This document shows, in pieces, positions 24,390 to 33,097 of a stretch of DNA of 64,000 nt. Every line of letters begins with the position of its first letter. Positions within the stretch are counted from its first letter, which is position 1. Both the position numbers and the translations under genes were made by a program. A model generated the notes under the pieces. That model was not told the DNA's origin. It saw only the letters and a program-made list of their open reading frames with translations, and ran no database searches. The stretch is from an uncultured Candidatus Saccharibacteria bacterium. Its GTDB lineage: Bacteria > Patescibacteriota > Saccharimonadia > Saccharimonadales > Saccharimonadaceae. Location of the stretch: NCBI GenBank assembly GCA_963535375.1, contig CAUSVT010000004.1:41719-105718 (forward strand), in the 5' to 3' direction.

Positions 24390-25073
24390 TTAGTTCCTTC
24401 TCCCGTCAGCTTTGGCATTAACAAACTTTGTAATTCTACCTTCGTCCAGCCAGCGCTGCTCATAGGATGTGAGGATCTTATAGTCATCAACCAGCTCAGA
24501 CTCATGCAAATCAAATGTCAACTCCTGCAAAGACCACCCTTGGCTAACCAGCTGCTCCAAGCTCCAACAAAAGAAATCAGTGTTATCGTGTTTGATGAGC
24601 AGCACGCCCTCTGACGATAATAGGTTGCGGTACACTGCAAGAAAGTGCGGATGAGTTAATCGCCGGCCGGCTGAATGTTTTCGGGGGAATGGGTCAGAAA
24701 ATGTTAGCCAAATGGTCTCGAGTGATGCCGGAGCAACCAATTGATCGATTTGATCAGCCCGCGCTCGCACAAAAAAGATATTTGCCAGTCCGCGTGCCTC
24801 AGCCTCTCGGGCACCCTTTTGCAGGCGATCACCTTTGACATCAAGCGCCATCACAATCTGTTCTGGATGCCGCGCTGCCTGCTCGACCGCAAACAAGCCA
24901 TTGCCCGCACCTATCTCCATCACCGTTGGGCGCTTATCTGGCTGATCCTTCACCGCCAACCATTCATCATACTCAAAACACAGTGGCGAATTAGCAAACA
25001 GCGCAAATTTATATTTCTTGCGTTTACGGGTGATGATGAACTGATTCGGATCGACAAAACTCATATTATTCAT
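24390..25073 (-). CDS. trmB: tRNA (guanine46-N7)-methyltransferase TrmB
   Basis: It has the SAM motif EIGAGNG and FSDPFPRKHSAGRRL. Confidence 0.85.
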   Translation of the reverse strand: MNNMSFVDPNQFIITRKRKKYKFALFANSPLCFEYDEWLAVKDQPDKRPTVMEIGAGNGLFAVEQAARHPEQIVMALDVKGDRLQKGAREAEARGLANIFFVRARADQIDQLVAPASLETIWLTFSDPFPRKHSAGRRLTHPHFLAVYRNLLSSEGVLLIKHDNTDFFCWSLEQLVSQGWSLQELTFDLHESELVDDYKILTSYEQRWLDEGRITKFVNAKADGRRN

Positions 25074-25088
25074 TATACTAAATCTATT

Positions 25089-25994
25089 ATGGATACGCTT
25101 ACTAAGTATATTTTAGATTCCTCCAATTTCGATGAGTGGCTGAAGCAAAATGGTCTGGGTTGGCTGATGGAGCAGCGTTTCATCGAGGCATGGAGTACGG
25201 TTATCGGCGCCATCATCGCTTACTATATTGGCCGCGTGCTGCTAAAATGGGGCATCAAAAGTGTTGTGCGGTCGACAGCAAAGCATCGAGATTGGCACAA
25301 AAAAGATATCGAGAAACGTCAGGAGACCTTGATTCAATTGCTCCGTAGCTTCTGGCGAATTTTGATGATTGCCTATGCGTTGGCAGTGGTTGCAAATAAA
25401 CTCTTTTTGGTTGATCTATCACCGCTGTTTGCTAGTGCCGGGATCATCGGTGTGGCGTTGGGTTTTGGCGCCCAGTCGCTAGTCAAGGACTTCCTGGCTG
25501 GTATCTTCATCATCGCCGAAAATCAATACCGCGTTGGTGATGTTGTCGACATCATGGGTGCAGTTGGCAAGGTAGAGCGCGTTGGTACCCGCTCGACAGT
25601 CGTGCGTGACACCGATGGTAATGTCCATTACATTCCAAACGGTACCATTCAGCAGGTCATCAACAAAACCATGGGGTACAGTATTTCTCGGTTTATCCTA
25701 CAGCTCGATCCGTCAGTTGACATCTCAGCCGCCACCGAAATTATCAATGACATCGGCTATAAATTATCCTTGGAAAAATCCTGGAAACGAAAAATCATCG
25801 ACCCACCAAAGTTTACTTCCCTGGGCGATATCACCGGACATTCAGTGGAGGTGATCATTGCTGGTAAAACTCAGCCCTCAGACCAATGGAGTGTCACTTC
25901 AGAAATGCGGCGGCGACTGCTGCGTGAGTTCGAAAATAACGACATCAAACTAGCCACGCTACCGCTCACCACCAATGGACCGTTGAAAAAATAG
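25089..25994 (+). CDS. Small-conductance mechanosensitive channel (MscS family)
   Basis: It has GFGAQSLVKDFLAGIFIIAENQYRVGDVV. I placed the start at MDTLTKY. TATACT lies 9 nt upstream. Confidence 0.82.
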   Translation: MDTLTKYILDSSNFDEWLKQNGLGWLMEQRFIEAWSTVIGAIIAYYIGRVLLKWGIKSVVRSTAKHRDWHKKDIEKRQETLIQLLRSFWRILMIAYALAVVANKLFLVDLSPLFASAGIIGVALGFGAQSLVKDFLAGIFIIAENQYRVGDVVDIMGAVGKVERVGTRSTVVRDTDGNVHYIPNGTIQQVINKTMGYSISRFILQLDPSVDISAATEIINDIGYKLSLEKSWKRKIIDPPKFTSLGDITGHSVEVIIAGKTQPSDQWSVTSEMRRRLLREFENNDIKLATLPLTTNGPLKK

Positions 25995-26342
25995 TTATTG
26001 ATTTGACTGACTTTGGGTAATTCCTAGACTAGCGTCACTTAGCGCATCAACTGAAAAATTCTGCGAGCTTGTAGTTTTTTCAGCCTCTGCTTTGTACAGC
26101 TTCATAAATTCGTCTATGGTTGATTTGGTGATTTCACCCTGCGCCGAAAATCCCTCGTCTAGCGCCTTGCCTTGATCGATCTTTGAGCGCATCGACTTGT
26201 ACTCTGGGCGGCTCAAATCCAACCGCGAAGCTCCTGATGCGTAGTAGATAAACATCGACAAAGTCACTAAGATCGCAGCTAGCAACACCGAACCTGCGAT
26301 AAATGCCGGCAATTTATGCTCCATTATTTGCTGGCGTATCAC
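25995..26342 (-). CDS. Hypothetical membrane-anchored protein (115 aa)
   Basis: It has an N-terminal TM segment and overlaps the upstream gene by ATGA. Confidence 0.5.
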   Translation of the reverse strand: MIRQQIMEHKLPAFIAGSVLLAAILVTLSMFIYYASGASRLDLSRPEYKSMRSKIDQGKALDEGFSAQGEITKSTIDEFMKLYKAEAEKTTSSQNFSVDALSDASLGITQSQSNQ

Positions 26343-26902
26343 TTGAGTTTTTCCTTTATCTTTTCGACTTTAGTACCATACTCAGCGATAATGTCGTTGA
26401 GCTCGCGAACTGATGATGACAATTTGAGCCGTGCATCACGAGCAATGTTGAACTGAGCATAAAAATCAGTTGGCTGATTTTTGCAATCAATCTTCAGAAG
26501 CGCTGCCAAGGCAGATTCATATTCATTATACCGAGAGGAGAACAATGACCGACCCTTTTCGAACCGACTCGTCAAAGAAACGAGGTCTGCAGCATCAATC
26601 TTGTTCACTGCTAAGCGACCGTTCATGCGTGCCATCAGGCGCGAAGAAATATCATTGTACGCTTGACCGGTGTTTACTCGTAAAATTGCGTCACTATAAT
26701 GCAGTCGACTGAGATTTCCACGAATATCCTGGCAATTGGCTTTGATGGCATCGATCCCATTTGCAGATTCGGCTTGACCATCAAGCGCTTTCACAACAAC
26801 CGAGGACCCGACAATCACACCAAAAACAATCATCAAAAACGCGAGACTTGTAACAGCTTGTTTCATCTGTTCCATTGTCCCGCGTTTTTGGATTGTTGTC
26901 AA
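26339..26902 (-). CDS. Hypothetical secreted or membrane-anchored protein (187 aa)
   Basis: It has an N-terminal TM or signal segment and a helical remainder. Confidence 0.5.
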   Translation of the reverse strand: MTTIQKRGTMEQMKQAVTSLAFLMIVFGVIVGSSVVVKALDGQAESANGIDAIKANCQDIRGNLSRLHYSDAILRVNTGQAYNDISSRLMARMNGRLAVNKIDAADLVSLTSRFEKGRSLFSSRYNEYESALAALLKIDCKNQPTDFYAQFNIARDARLKLSSSVRELNDIIAEYGTKVEKIKEKLK

Positions 26903-26903
26903 A

Positions 26904-27173
26904 TTATTTCAGGCTTTTTTCAACGTCTCCCTTGACGTCGTGAGCCGCTTCAGTGGTAGCTTTACCTACTTTTTGTGCCCCAGACTTCAGAGAAGCAGCC
27001 GTGTCTTTTGCCACCGTCTTTGCCTTTGCTGCACACTTGTCAGCATCTTTTTTCAACTCGTTAGCTTTTTTCTTTAAGTCTTTGCGAGTTTCCTTACCAC
27101 TTTTTGGTGCAGTCAATACACCAGCCGCAAAACCAGCCACCGCAGCACCTAAGACAGTTAATACTTTTTTCAT
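26904..27173 (-). CDS. YtxH-like protein
   Basis: MKKVLTVLGAAVAGFAAGVLTAPKSGKETRKDLKKKANELKKD is the typical YtxH N-terminus. Confidence 0.7.
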   Translation of the reverse strand: MKKVLTVLGAAVAGFAAGVLTAPKSGKETRKDLKKKANELKKDADKCAAKAKTVAKDTAASLKSGAQKVGKATTEAAHDVKGDVEKSLK

Positions 27174-27221
27174 AGTTTCTCCTTTGTTTGTTTATTGTTA
27201 GATTTTACTGATGAATCCTTG

Positions 27222-27443
27222 CTATTTCCGCCGAAAAAGCCGAGAAGCTTCAGTAAAGACTTTTCTTGGTGACAGCCATTCTGTAGCTTGTGCAATATTG
27301 TGCGCTGCTGTTTCAGCTTGGCTGGCAATACGTTTGAGTTTTACCAAGAGCGAGATTATTATACTGAATAAGATGATGATCGCCACTGAATGGACCACAA
27401 TCACCGCAGTCATCAGTATAATAACTGTTTGCATATCTTCCAT
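27222..27443 (-). CDS. Small membrane protein (73 aa), hypothetical
   Basis: It has one strongly hydrophobic segment. Confidence 0.4.
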   Translation of the reverse strand: MEDMQTVIILMTAVIVVHSVAIIILFSIIISLLVKLKRIASQAETAAHNIAQATEWLSPRKVFTEASRLFRRK

Positions 27444-27527
27444 ACCTTTCCTTTGATTTGTTGTTTATATTCGTCATATCGACTGGTTACTATGATAGCA
27501 TAGACGGTTTAAAATGTCAATACCCTA

Positions 27528-28289
27528 TCACTCGGTGATGAGACCATCCCGCCGCAGACCGTCTAGCGCCGCCGCAAATCGCGGGTCATCCTGTAATTCA
27601 GCAGTGATTTCAGCGAGTGGCTGCCCGCCAACATACCGACGCAAAATCTCACCGCGCATCTGGCGGAGGCTACCGGTGAATTGTGATTGTTTGGTGTAGT
27701 GGCGACTGGCGGACAATTTACCCTTGCCCTGAGCTTTCAATTCATTGCCATAATCCATCAGCGCCCAAAACCACTGGCGCGAATTTACCCGGTCCATCGT
27801 CTGCTCAACAACAGTCAGTATGTCGCGATCCGCTACCGCTTCCTGGCCCGCAAAGAAATGATTGAGATAGACGGTACGAATATTTGTCTCAATGAACGGT
27901 GTTGGCACTTGATAGGCATAATTCATGATGGCACCAGCGGTATTGACGCCAATACCCGGCAATGCAACGAGGTCATCTAGCGTAGTCACTGGGGCGCCAG
28001 TGGCAATGGCGTGTGCTGTTTGGTGGAGATATCGAGCGCGGCGATTATAGCCCAGCCCCTGCCACGCACGCAGTACTTCTGTCAGCTCAGCAGCTGCCAG
28101 TGATTGAACATCCGGAAACTCAGCGGTAAACTCTCTAAACTTCGTCAAGACGCGAGCAACCTGGGTTTGCTGCAGCATCAATTCACTCACCAGCACATAG
28201 TACAAGGTTGGCTGATCGCGCCACGGCATTGGTCGGTAGAGCTCGCGGCCTTTTTGATGGATCAGCGCCTGGAAATCATCAGTCGTCAT
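27528..28289 (-). CDS. HhH-GPD DNA glycosylase, MutY-like catalytic domain, cysteine-free
   Basis: It has SELMLQQTQVARV (the catalytic Glu context) and the HhH motif LVALPGIGVNTAGAIMNYAY. The 253 aa contain no Cys and no Nudix-like C-domain. Confidence 0.75.
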   Translation of the reverse strand: MTTDDFQALIHQKGRELYRPMPWRDQPTLYYVLVSELMLQQTQVARVLTKFREFTAEFPDVQSLAAAELTEVLRAWQGLGYNRRARYLHQTAHAIATGAPVTTLDDLVALPGIGVNTAGAIMNYAYQVPTPFIETNIRTVYLNHFFAGQEAVADRDILTVVEQTMDRVNSRQWFWALMDYGNELKAQGKGKLSASRHYTKQSQFTGSLRQMRGEILRRYVGGQPLAEITAELQDDPRFAAALDGLRRDGLITE

Positions 28290-28329
28290 TGCTTTAGTAT
28301 ACGAGAATAAACCTCACAAAGGCTAATTG

Positions 28330-28338
28330 TGCTATAAT
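28330..28338 (+). promoter_or_regulatory. Extended -10 box (TGCTATAAT) 9 nt upstream of the VIT1 ATG
   Basis: The sequence reads TGCTATAATggcacggttATG. Confidence 0.6.
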
Positions 28339-28347
28339 GGCACGGTT

Positions 28348-28881
28348 ATGAACATATTTTTTAGACGATACATTTCAGAATTTGTGTACGGTGCGGTTGA
28401 CGGCACCGTGACAACCTTTGCCGTCGTGGCAGCTTCGGCCGGAGCCGGCATCTCCAGCGCGGTTATCCTCATTTTAGGCATTGCAAACCTCATCGCCGAT
28501 GGCTTCTCGATGGGTGCCAGTGCCTACCTGGCAGCCAGCGCTGAGCATGAAGATTCGGCCCGCGATACCCAAAAACGAGCTTCGCCAAAAATCATCGGCG
28601 CAGTTACATTTTTGGCCTTTGTCGCCGTCGGTAGCGTGCCAGTATTGCCGTACTTGATTGACGTCATTGCAGGCTCAAAAGTGCCAAGCACTACCTTGTT
28701 TTATATCAGCTCTGCACTAACAGCGGTTGCTTTCCTGACGATTGGCTTCATCAAAGGTAAAGTTGGTAATCAATCACCATGGCGAGAAGCCGCCATCACC
28801 CTACTCCTCGGCGCAGTTGCCGCTGGGCTGGCCTACTTTGCTGGTGATGTATTGGCGGCGTGGCTAGGTGTTCAGTTATAA
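28348..28881 (+). CDS. VIT1/CCC1 family iron/manganese transporter
   Basis: It has FVYGAVDGTVTTFAVVAASAGAG and a C-terminal TM cluster. Confidence 0.78.
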   Translation: MNIFFRRYISEFVYGAVDGTVTTFAVVAASAGAGISSAVILILGIANLIADGFSMGASAYLAASAEHEDSARDTQKRASPKIIGAVTFLAFVAVGSVPVLPYLIDVIAGSKVPSTTLFYISSALTAVAFLTIGFIKGKVGNQSPWREAAITLLLGAVAAGLAYFAGDVLAAWLGVQL

Positions 28882-29445
28882 TCCTGTGAGCATTCTGTCC
28901 TCGATAGTTGAATTGAATGTTAACTCTAGCATTTTCTCAATATCTATACCAATATCCTGATATAACTCAGTAGTATTTTTCGTCATCAAATCATTTTTGG
29001 TATAGCCCAAAAGTTTCGCAGTGTTTATCACTTCCTCTACGCTATTACCCTCTATTTCAATGTATGGTTTTAGCTTCGGCCAGTGGTCAATGACGACCTG
29101 GACGCCATCCAAGTCATATTCTTGGCGTTTATTTTCTTGATAGCCGCATGGTTTAATGCCAATCTTTGCTAATATCTCCAGGGTCGTTTCTAGGTCGGAG
29201 ACTTCGACCTCCCACTCGTGAGTCCCATCAATAGCGTCAGTGGTTATTTCTTTGACAGTCAGAGTAGCGTGTTGCCCATCGGAGCGCAACCGTACCCAGC
29301 GATTTGGTATCACCGGAATTGTATCAAATACATAACGGTGAAACTTATAATTACCAATCTCTTTAGCACCGAGTTTTGCCAATTTCCCAGCGATATCGGC
29401 TGGGTCAATATCATATATTTTTGCTTCGTATTCTATATTCGACAT
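28876..29445 (-). CDS. CYTH-domain protein (triphosphate tunnel metalloenzyme / class IV adenylate cyclase-like)
   Basis: The N-terminus has EYEAKI (the ExExK motif), followed by VRLRSDG...TLTVKE. The gene is visibly AT-rich. Confidence 0.72.
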   Translation of the reverse strand: MSNIEYEAKIYDIDPADIAGKLAKLGAKEIGNYKFHRYVFDTIPVIPNRWVRLRSDGQHATLTVKEITTDAIDGTHEWEVEVSDLETTLEILAKIGIKPCGYQENKRQEYDLDGVQVVIDHWPKLKPYIEIEGNSVEEVINTAKLLGYTKNDLMTKNTTELYQDIGIDIEKMLELTFNSTIEDRMLTGL

Positions 29446-29487
29446 TGATTGTATAGCCTTTTATCATCTCCTGCTGTGTTACATTAT

Positions 29488-29898
29488 TTACGGCCACCAC
29501 TTCAGCAAAAAATCTCGATAACCTGGCGCGAGTTTATCGGCAGTCTCAACTTCTGCCCGCGTCAGCCAGACGGGACCTGCTTCGCTACCATCACAGGCCT
29601 GGTCTGGCAGCTCAATATCATCGTCGATTGTGGCTGTATAACCAAGGATAATTTTATGGTTTTTAGCAGTGGTATCATATGGATCGCGCACATAAAAGTC
29701 AGCCGGCGTCGCATCAATGGTGATACCCAGCTCCTCGCGCAGCTCTCGCTCTAGTGCCACGTCAGGCGTTTCGCCGGCATCAATATGCCCGCCCGGCAAG
29801 CCAAAGCCATCATCGTGCGGATAATACATCAGCAGTACACGTTTGCCGTCACTGCTATACAGCGCCACTTTTACGCTAACTTCGTGTCGATCATACAT
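29488..29898 (-). CDS. Nudix hydrolase
   Basis: It has the Nudix box GLPGGHIDAGETPDVALERELREELGI. I placed the start at MYDRHEV, with TATACT 7 nt upstream. Confidence 0.78.
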   Translation of the reverse strand: MYDRHEVSVKVALYSSDGKRVLLMYYPHDDGFGLPGGHIDAGETPDVALERELREELGITIDATPADFYVRDPYDTTAKNHKIILGYTATIDDDIELPDQACDGSEAGPVWLTRAEVETADKLAPGYRDFLLKWWP

Positions 29899-29942
29899 TA
29901 CTTTTAGTATAGCCGTTTCTCTGTTATTCGACAATGTATTCG

Positions 29943-29951
29943 TGCTACAGT
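29943..29951 (+). promoter_or_regulatory. Extended -10 box (TGCTACAGT) 6 nt upstream of the GH5 ATG
   Basis: The sequence reads TGCTACAGTagagatATG. Confidence 0.55.
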
Positions 29952-29957
29952 AGAGAT

Positions 29958-30959
29958 ATGAATGGTCATCCTTCCTCACCTGCCATGCCTGGCGTCAATC
30001 TGGGCGGTTGGCTGGTGCTGGAACGATGGATGACGCCAAGCGTATTCGCCGGAACGGACGCGACCAACGAACATGAATTATCTAAGACCACAGGCGGTCG
30101 AGCGCGCATCCAGCAGCATCGACAAACCTTCGTCCAGGAAGCTGATATCAAGTGGCTGGCGCAATCTGGCATACGACTACTAAGACTGCCGATTGGCTAC
30201 TGGGCGCTCGAGGATCAGCCACCGTATCTATCAGCAAAACCACAGATTGATTGGCTGATGGACACAGCCAGACGCCATGGCCTACAGGTGCTGCTCGATC
30301 TCCACGCCGCGCCTGGTGCTCAAAATGCCAGTGACCACAGCGGTAGCGGCAATACCGGTAATATTCAATGGTATCAACGCGCCAATCAGCAAAAGACCAC
30401 GCGGATACTGCTAGACATCGCCAATGAATATGGCAACCATCCAGCACTCTGGGGCATTGAGCTCCTCAATGAACCGTTGGTGATAACACGACGTGAACGA
30501 TGGCAATTGTGGTGGTGGACACGTCAAACCAGTCGAACATTACGCAGTAAATTGTCTCCCCGTGTGCGCATCGTGGCATCTGATTGTTACCAGCCAGCTT
30601 GGTGGTCGGGGCGCGTCGGGCCTAATACGCTGGATATACATCATTACCAGTGCTTTTCCGACACAGACAATCAAGCAACATCGCTGACTCACCACCGTCA
30701 GGTGCTTGACCAACGGTCTGGCGAGTACCGCGATTACTCCCAGCAACAGCCGCTAATCATCGGTGAGTGGAGTGCCGCTCTGCCGCCAGGCATTGCTAGC
30801 GACGACACTGAATACACTCACTGCCAATCGCAACTTGCCGTACCAGCAAATGTCGATGCTTGGTTCTACTGGAGTTACAAAACCGAAAGCCCCGGGGCTT
30901 GGAATTTTCGTGATTGCCATGCTAAGGGGTGGTTTGACGGTATGCTTAGCTCGCGGTAG
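29958..30959 (+). CDS. Glycoside hydrolase family 5 (exo-beta-1,3-glucanase-like)
   Basis: It has GVNLGGWLVLERWMTPSVF, the acid/base motif ELLNEP and the nucleophile motif IIGEWSA. I saw no obvious signal peptide. Confidence 0.78.
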   Translation: MNGHPSSPAMPGVNLGGWLVLERWMTPSVFAGTDATNEHELSKTTGGRARIQQHRQTFVQEADIKWLAQSGIRLLRLPIGYWALEDQPPYLSAKPQIDWLMDTARRHGLQVLLDLHAAPGAQNASDHSGSGNTGNIQWYQRANQQKTTRILLDIANEYGNHPALWGIELLNEPLVITRRERWQLWWWTRQTSRTLRSKLSPRVRIVASDCYQPAWWSGRVGPNTLDIHHYQCFSDTDNQATSLTHHRQVLDQRSGEYRDYSQQQPLIIGEWSAALPPGIASDDTEYTHCQSQLAVPANVDAWFYWSYKTESPGAWNFRDCHAKGWFDGMLSSR

Positions 30960-30960
30960 A

Positions 30961-30969
30961 TGGTATAAT
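30961..30969 (+). promoter_or_regulatory. Extended -10 box (TGGTATAAT) 6 nt upstream of a small ORF
   Basis: The sequence reads TGGTATAATgaatatATG. Confidence 0.6.
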
Positions 30970-30975
30970 GAATAT

Positions 30976-31152
30976 ATGTCTTTTCCTAAATTAATTTACA
31001 GCATCGCAGTCCTGGTCATCATCGCTTGGGTATTGAGTATGGTATTTCGCCTTGCCGCCTGGTTGATCAACGGGTTGCTTTATGTTGCAATCCTGGTTGT
31101 TATCATTGGGCTTATTGCACAATTTATCAGCCAGAAAAAACGACGCAAATAA
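30976..31152 (+). CDS. Small two-TM membrane protein (58 aa, lmo0937-like)
   Basis: The ORF reads MSFPKLIYSIAVLVIIAWVLSMVFRLAAWLINGLLYVAILVVIIGLIAQFISQKKRRK and has its own promoter. Confidence 0.6.
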   Translation: MSFPKLIYSIAVLVIIAWVLSMVFRLAAWLINGLLYVAILVVIIGLIAQFISQKKRRK

Positions 31153-31206
31153 CTCGCCTGTCACTATAGAATAATCACGGCAGCGTTACTCTGCCGTGAT
31201 TGTATC

Positions 31207-33048
31207 TTATAGTCCTAATTCTCGTAGCTGTGCTGGATCAACCGTTGACGGTGAATCCATCATCACGTCAACGCCCGAACCGTTCTTTGGAAAGGCCAAG
31301 GTTTCGCGGACGTTCGTCTCGTCAATGAGTTCCATGAGAATGCGGTCAACGCCAAAGGCGCAACCAGCGTGTGGCGGCGCGCCGTATTTGAAGGCGCCCA
31401 GCATGGCGCCAAATTTTTCTTCGACGTAGCTTTCGCTAAAGCCAAGTAGGTCAAACACTTTGTATAGTACCGCTGGGTTGTGGTTGCGCACACCGCCGGA
31501 GCAGATTTCGTAGCCATTCATCACCATGTCGAATTGATCAGCCACGATGGCGAGCTTGTCGGCGTCAGTCTTGGCCGACTCCAGCGCCTGTAACCCGCCC
31601 TTTGGCATACCAAATGGGTTGTGCCCAAAATCAAGCTTCTTGCCGTGATCATCCCATTCATAAAACGGAAAATCAATAATCCAAGCCAAGGCCACCACGC
31701 TCGGGTCTTTCAAGTTGAAATGGGTAGCAAATTCGTTGCGCAGACGACCAAGTACGGCGTTGACGACTGAGCGAGTGTCGGCGCCGAAGAAGACAACATC
31801 ACCGTCTTCAGGTTTCATTGTATCTATAAGCGATTTACGTTCTCTGTCTGACAAGTGTTTTGCCACTGGCGAAATCGCATCATAGCCATAAAAATCACTA
31901 CTAGTGATCGGGATTGCATATCCCTGTGCCTCGTCAGGGTGTTTTATTTTAACATATTTAATGTAGGGCAAACCGCCCGCCCCCTCACTCTTGGCAATGT
32001 CGGTGAATTGATCAATTTGCTTGCGGCTCAAAGAAGCGCCGTTTTTCACGCAAATCGCCTTGATGCACTCAGCGTTTTTGAACACGCCAAATTCGGTGTC
32101 GGCGAACACCCTGGTCAGCTCCACCAATTCCATGCCAAAACGTAGATCCGGCTTGTCCGAGCCATACGTCTCCATGGCGTCGCGGTAGGAAATACGCGGA
32201 ATTGGACTGCCGTCACCAACAGGCAGGTCGCTCAAATCCAGCAACTTTTTGCCGGCAAACTCGGTCGCGAGCTGCCGCATCAGCGGCTCAACTTCCTGGC
32301 GAACTTCCTCGCCGTCCTCAACGAAACTCATCTCCAGGTCCAGCTGGTAAAACTCACCGTACAGTCGATCGGCCCGCGGATCTTCATCGCGAAAACACGC
32401 TGCCAACTGGTAATATCGCGGCACACCGCCAACCATCAGCAGCTGCTTGAACTGCTGGGGTGCTTGCGGTAGAGCGTAAAACTTATCTTCCTGCAAGCGG
32501 CTGGGGATCAGAAAATCGCGCGCACCTTCAGGGCTAGAATTTGCCAAAATCGGCGTCTGAATTTCGATAAAGTCGCGGTCGTCCATATACTGATGCATCC
32601 GTCGGTACATCTCAGCGCGTTTTTTCAGCATCTCCTGCATCTTTGGACGACGCAGATCGAGGTAGCGATACTTAAAACGTAAGTCCTCGCCTGCTTGGTT
32701 TTCCTCGGCGAATGGCTGGATCGGCAAGGTTTCAGCACGGTTGAGAATTTCCAGATTTTCCACCACAATTTCCACATCACCACTGGCGATATTTGGATTT
32801 TTCAAACCTTCGCCACGCTCCGTCACCACACCGCTGGCACGAACAACAAACTCATCGCGCAGACTCTCCGCCAAACGAAACGCTTCCGCCTGCTCAGGAT
32901 TAATCACCAGCTGCACCAGCCCAGTATGGTCGCGCAGGTCAATAAAAATCAGCCCACCGTGATCACGACGTGAATGTACCCAGCCCGCCACGGTAATCAT
33001 TTCCCCAACTTTTGTTGGTGTATCAATTGCAAAAGTCCTCTGTTTCAT
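31207..33048 (-). CDS. aspS: Aspartyl-tRNA synthetase
   Basis: The OB-fold N-terminus reads VAGWVHSRRDHGGLIFIDLRD. Class II motifs FRDEDPRADR and GGVRNH are present. 613 aa. Confidence 0.95.
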   Translation of the reverse strand: MKQRTFAIDTPTKVGEMITVAGWVHSRRDHGGLIFIDLRDHTGLVQLVINPEQAEAFRLAESLRDEFVVRASGVVTERGEGLKNPNIASGDVEIVVENLEILNRAETLPIQPFAEENQAGEDLRFKYRYLDLRRPKMQEMLKKRAEMYRRMHQYMDDRDFIEIQTPILANSSPEGARDFLIPSRLQEDKFYALPQAPQQFKQLLMVGGVPRYYQLAACFRDEDPRADRLYGEFYQLDLEMSFVEDGEEVRQEVEPLMRQLATEFAGKKLLDLSDLPVGDGSPIPRISYRDAMETYGSDKPDLRFGMELVELTRVFADTEFGVFKNAECIKAICVKNGASLSRKQIDQFTDIAKSEGAGGLPYIKYVKIKHPDEAQGYAIPITSSDFYGYDAISPVAKHLSDRERKSLIDTMKPEDGDVVFFGADTRSVVNAVLGRLRNEFATHFNLKDPSVVALAWIIDFPFYEWDDHGKKLDFGHNPFGMPKGGLQALESAKTDADKLAIVADQFDMVMNGYEICSGGVRNHNPAVLYKVFDLLGFSESYVEEKFGAMLGAFKYGAPPHAGCAFGVDRILMELIDETNVRETLAFPKNGSGVDVMMDSPSTVDPAQLRELGL

Positions 33049-33056
33049 ATCTGTTT

Positions 33057-33065
33057 ATTATACCA
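33057..33065 (-). promoter_or_regulatory. Extended -10 box (TGGTATAAT) 8 nt upstream of the aspS ATG
   Basis: The minus strand reads TGGTATAATaaacagatATG. Confidence 0.65.
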
Positions 33066-33082
33066 CAGCGGCAACAGTTTTA

Positions 33083-33091
33083 TGCTATAAT
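33083..33091 (+). promoter_or_regulatory. Extended -10 box (TGCTATAAT) 6 nt upstream of the Mrr-like gene ATG
   Basis: The sequence reads TGCTATAATcgccccATG. It sits back-to-back with the aspS promoter. Confidence 0.65.
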
Positions 33092-33097
33092 CGCCCC

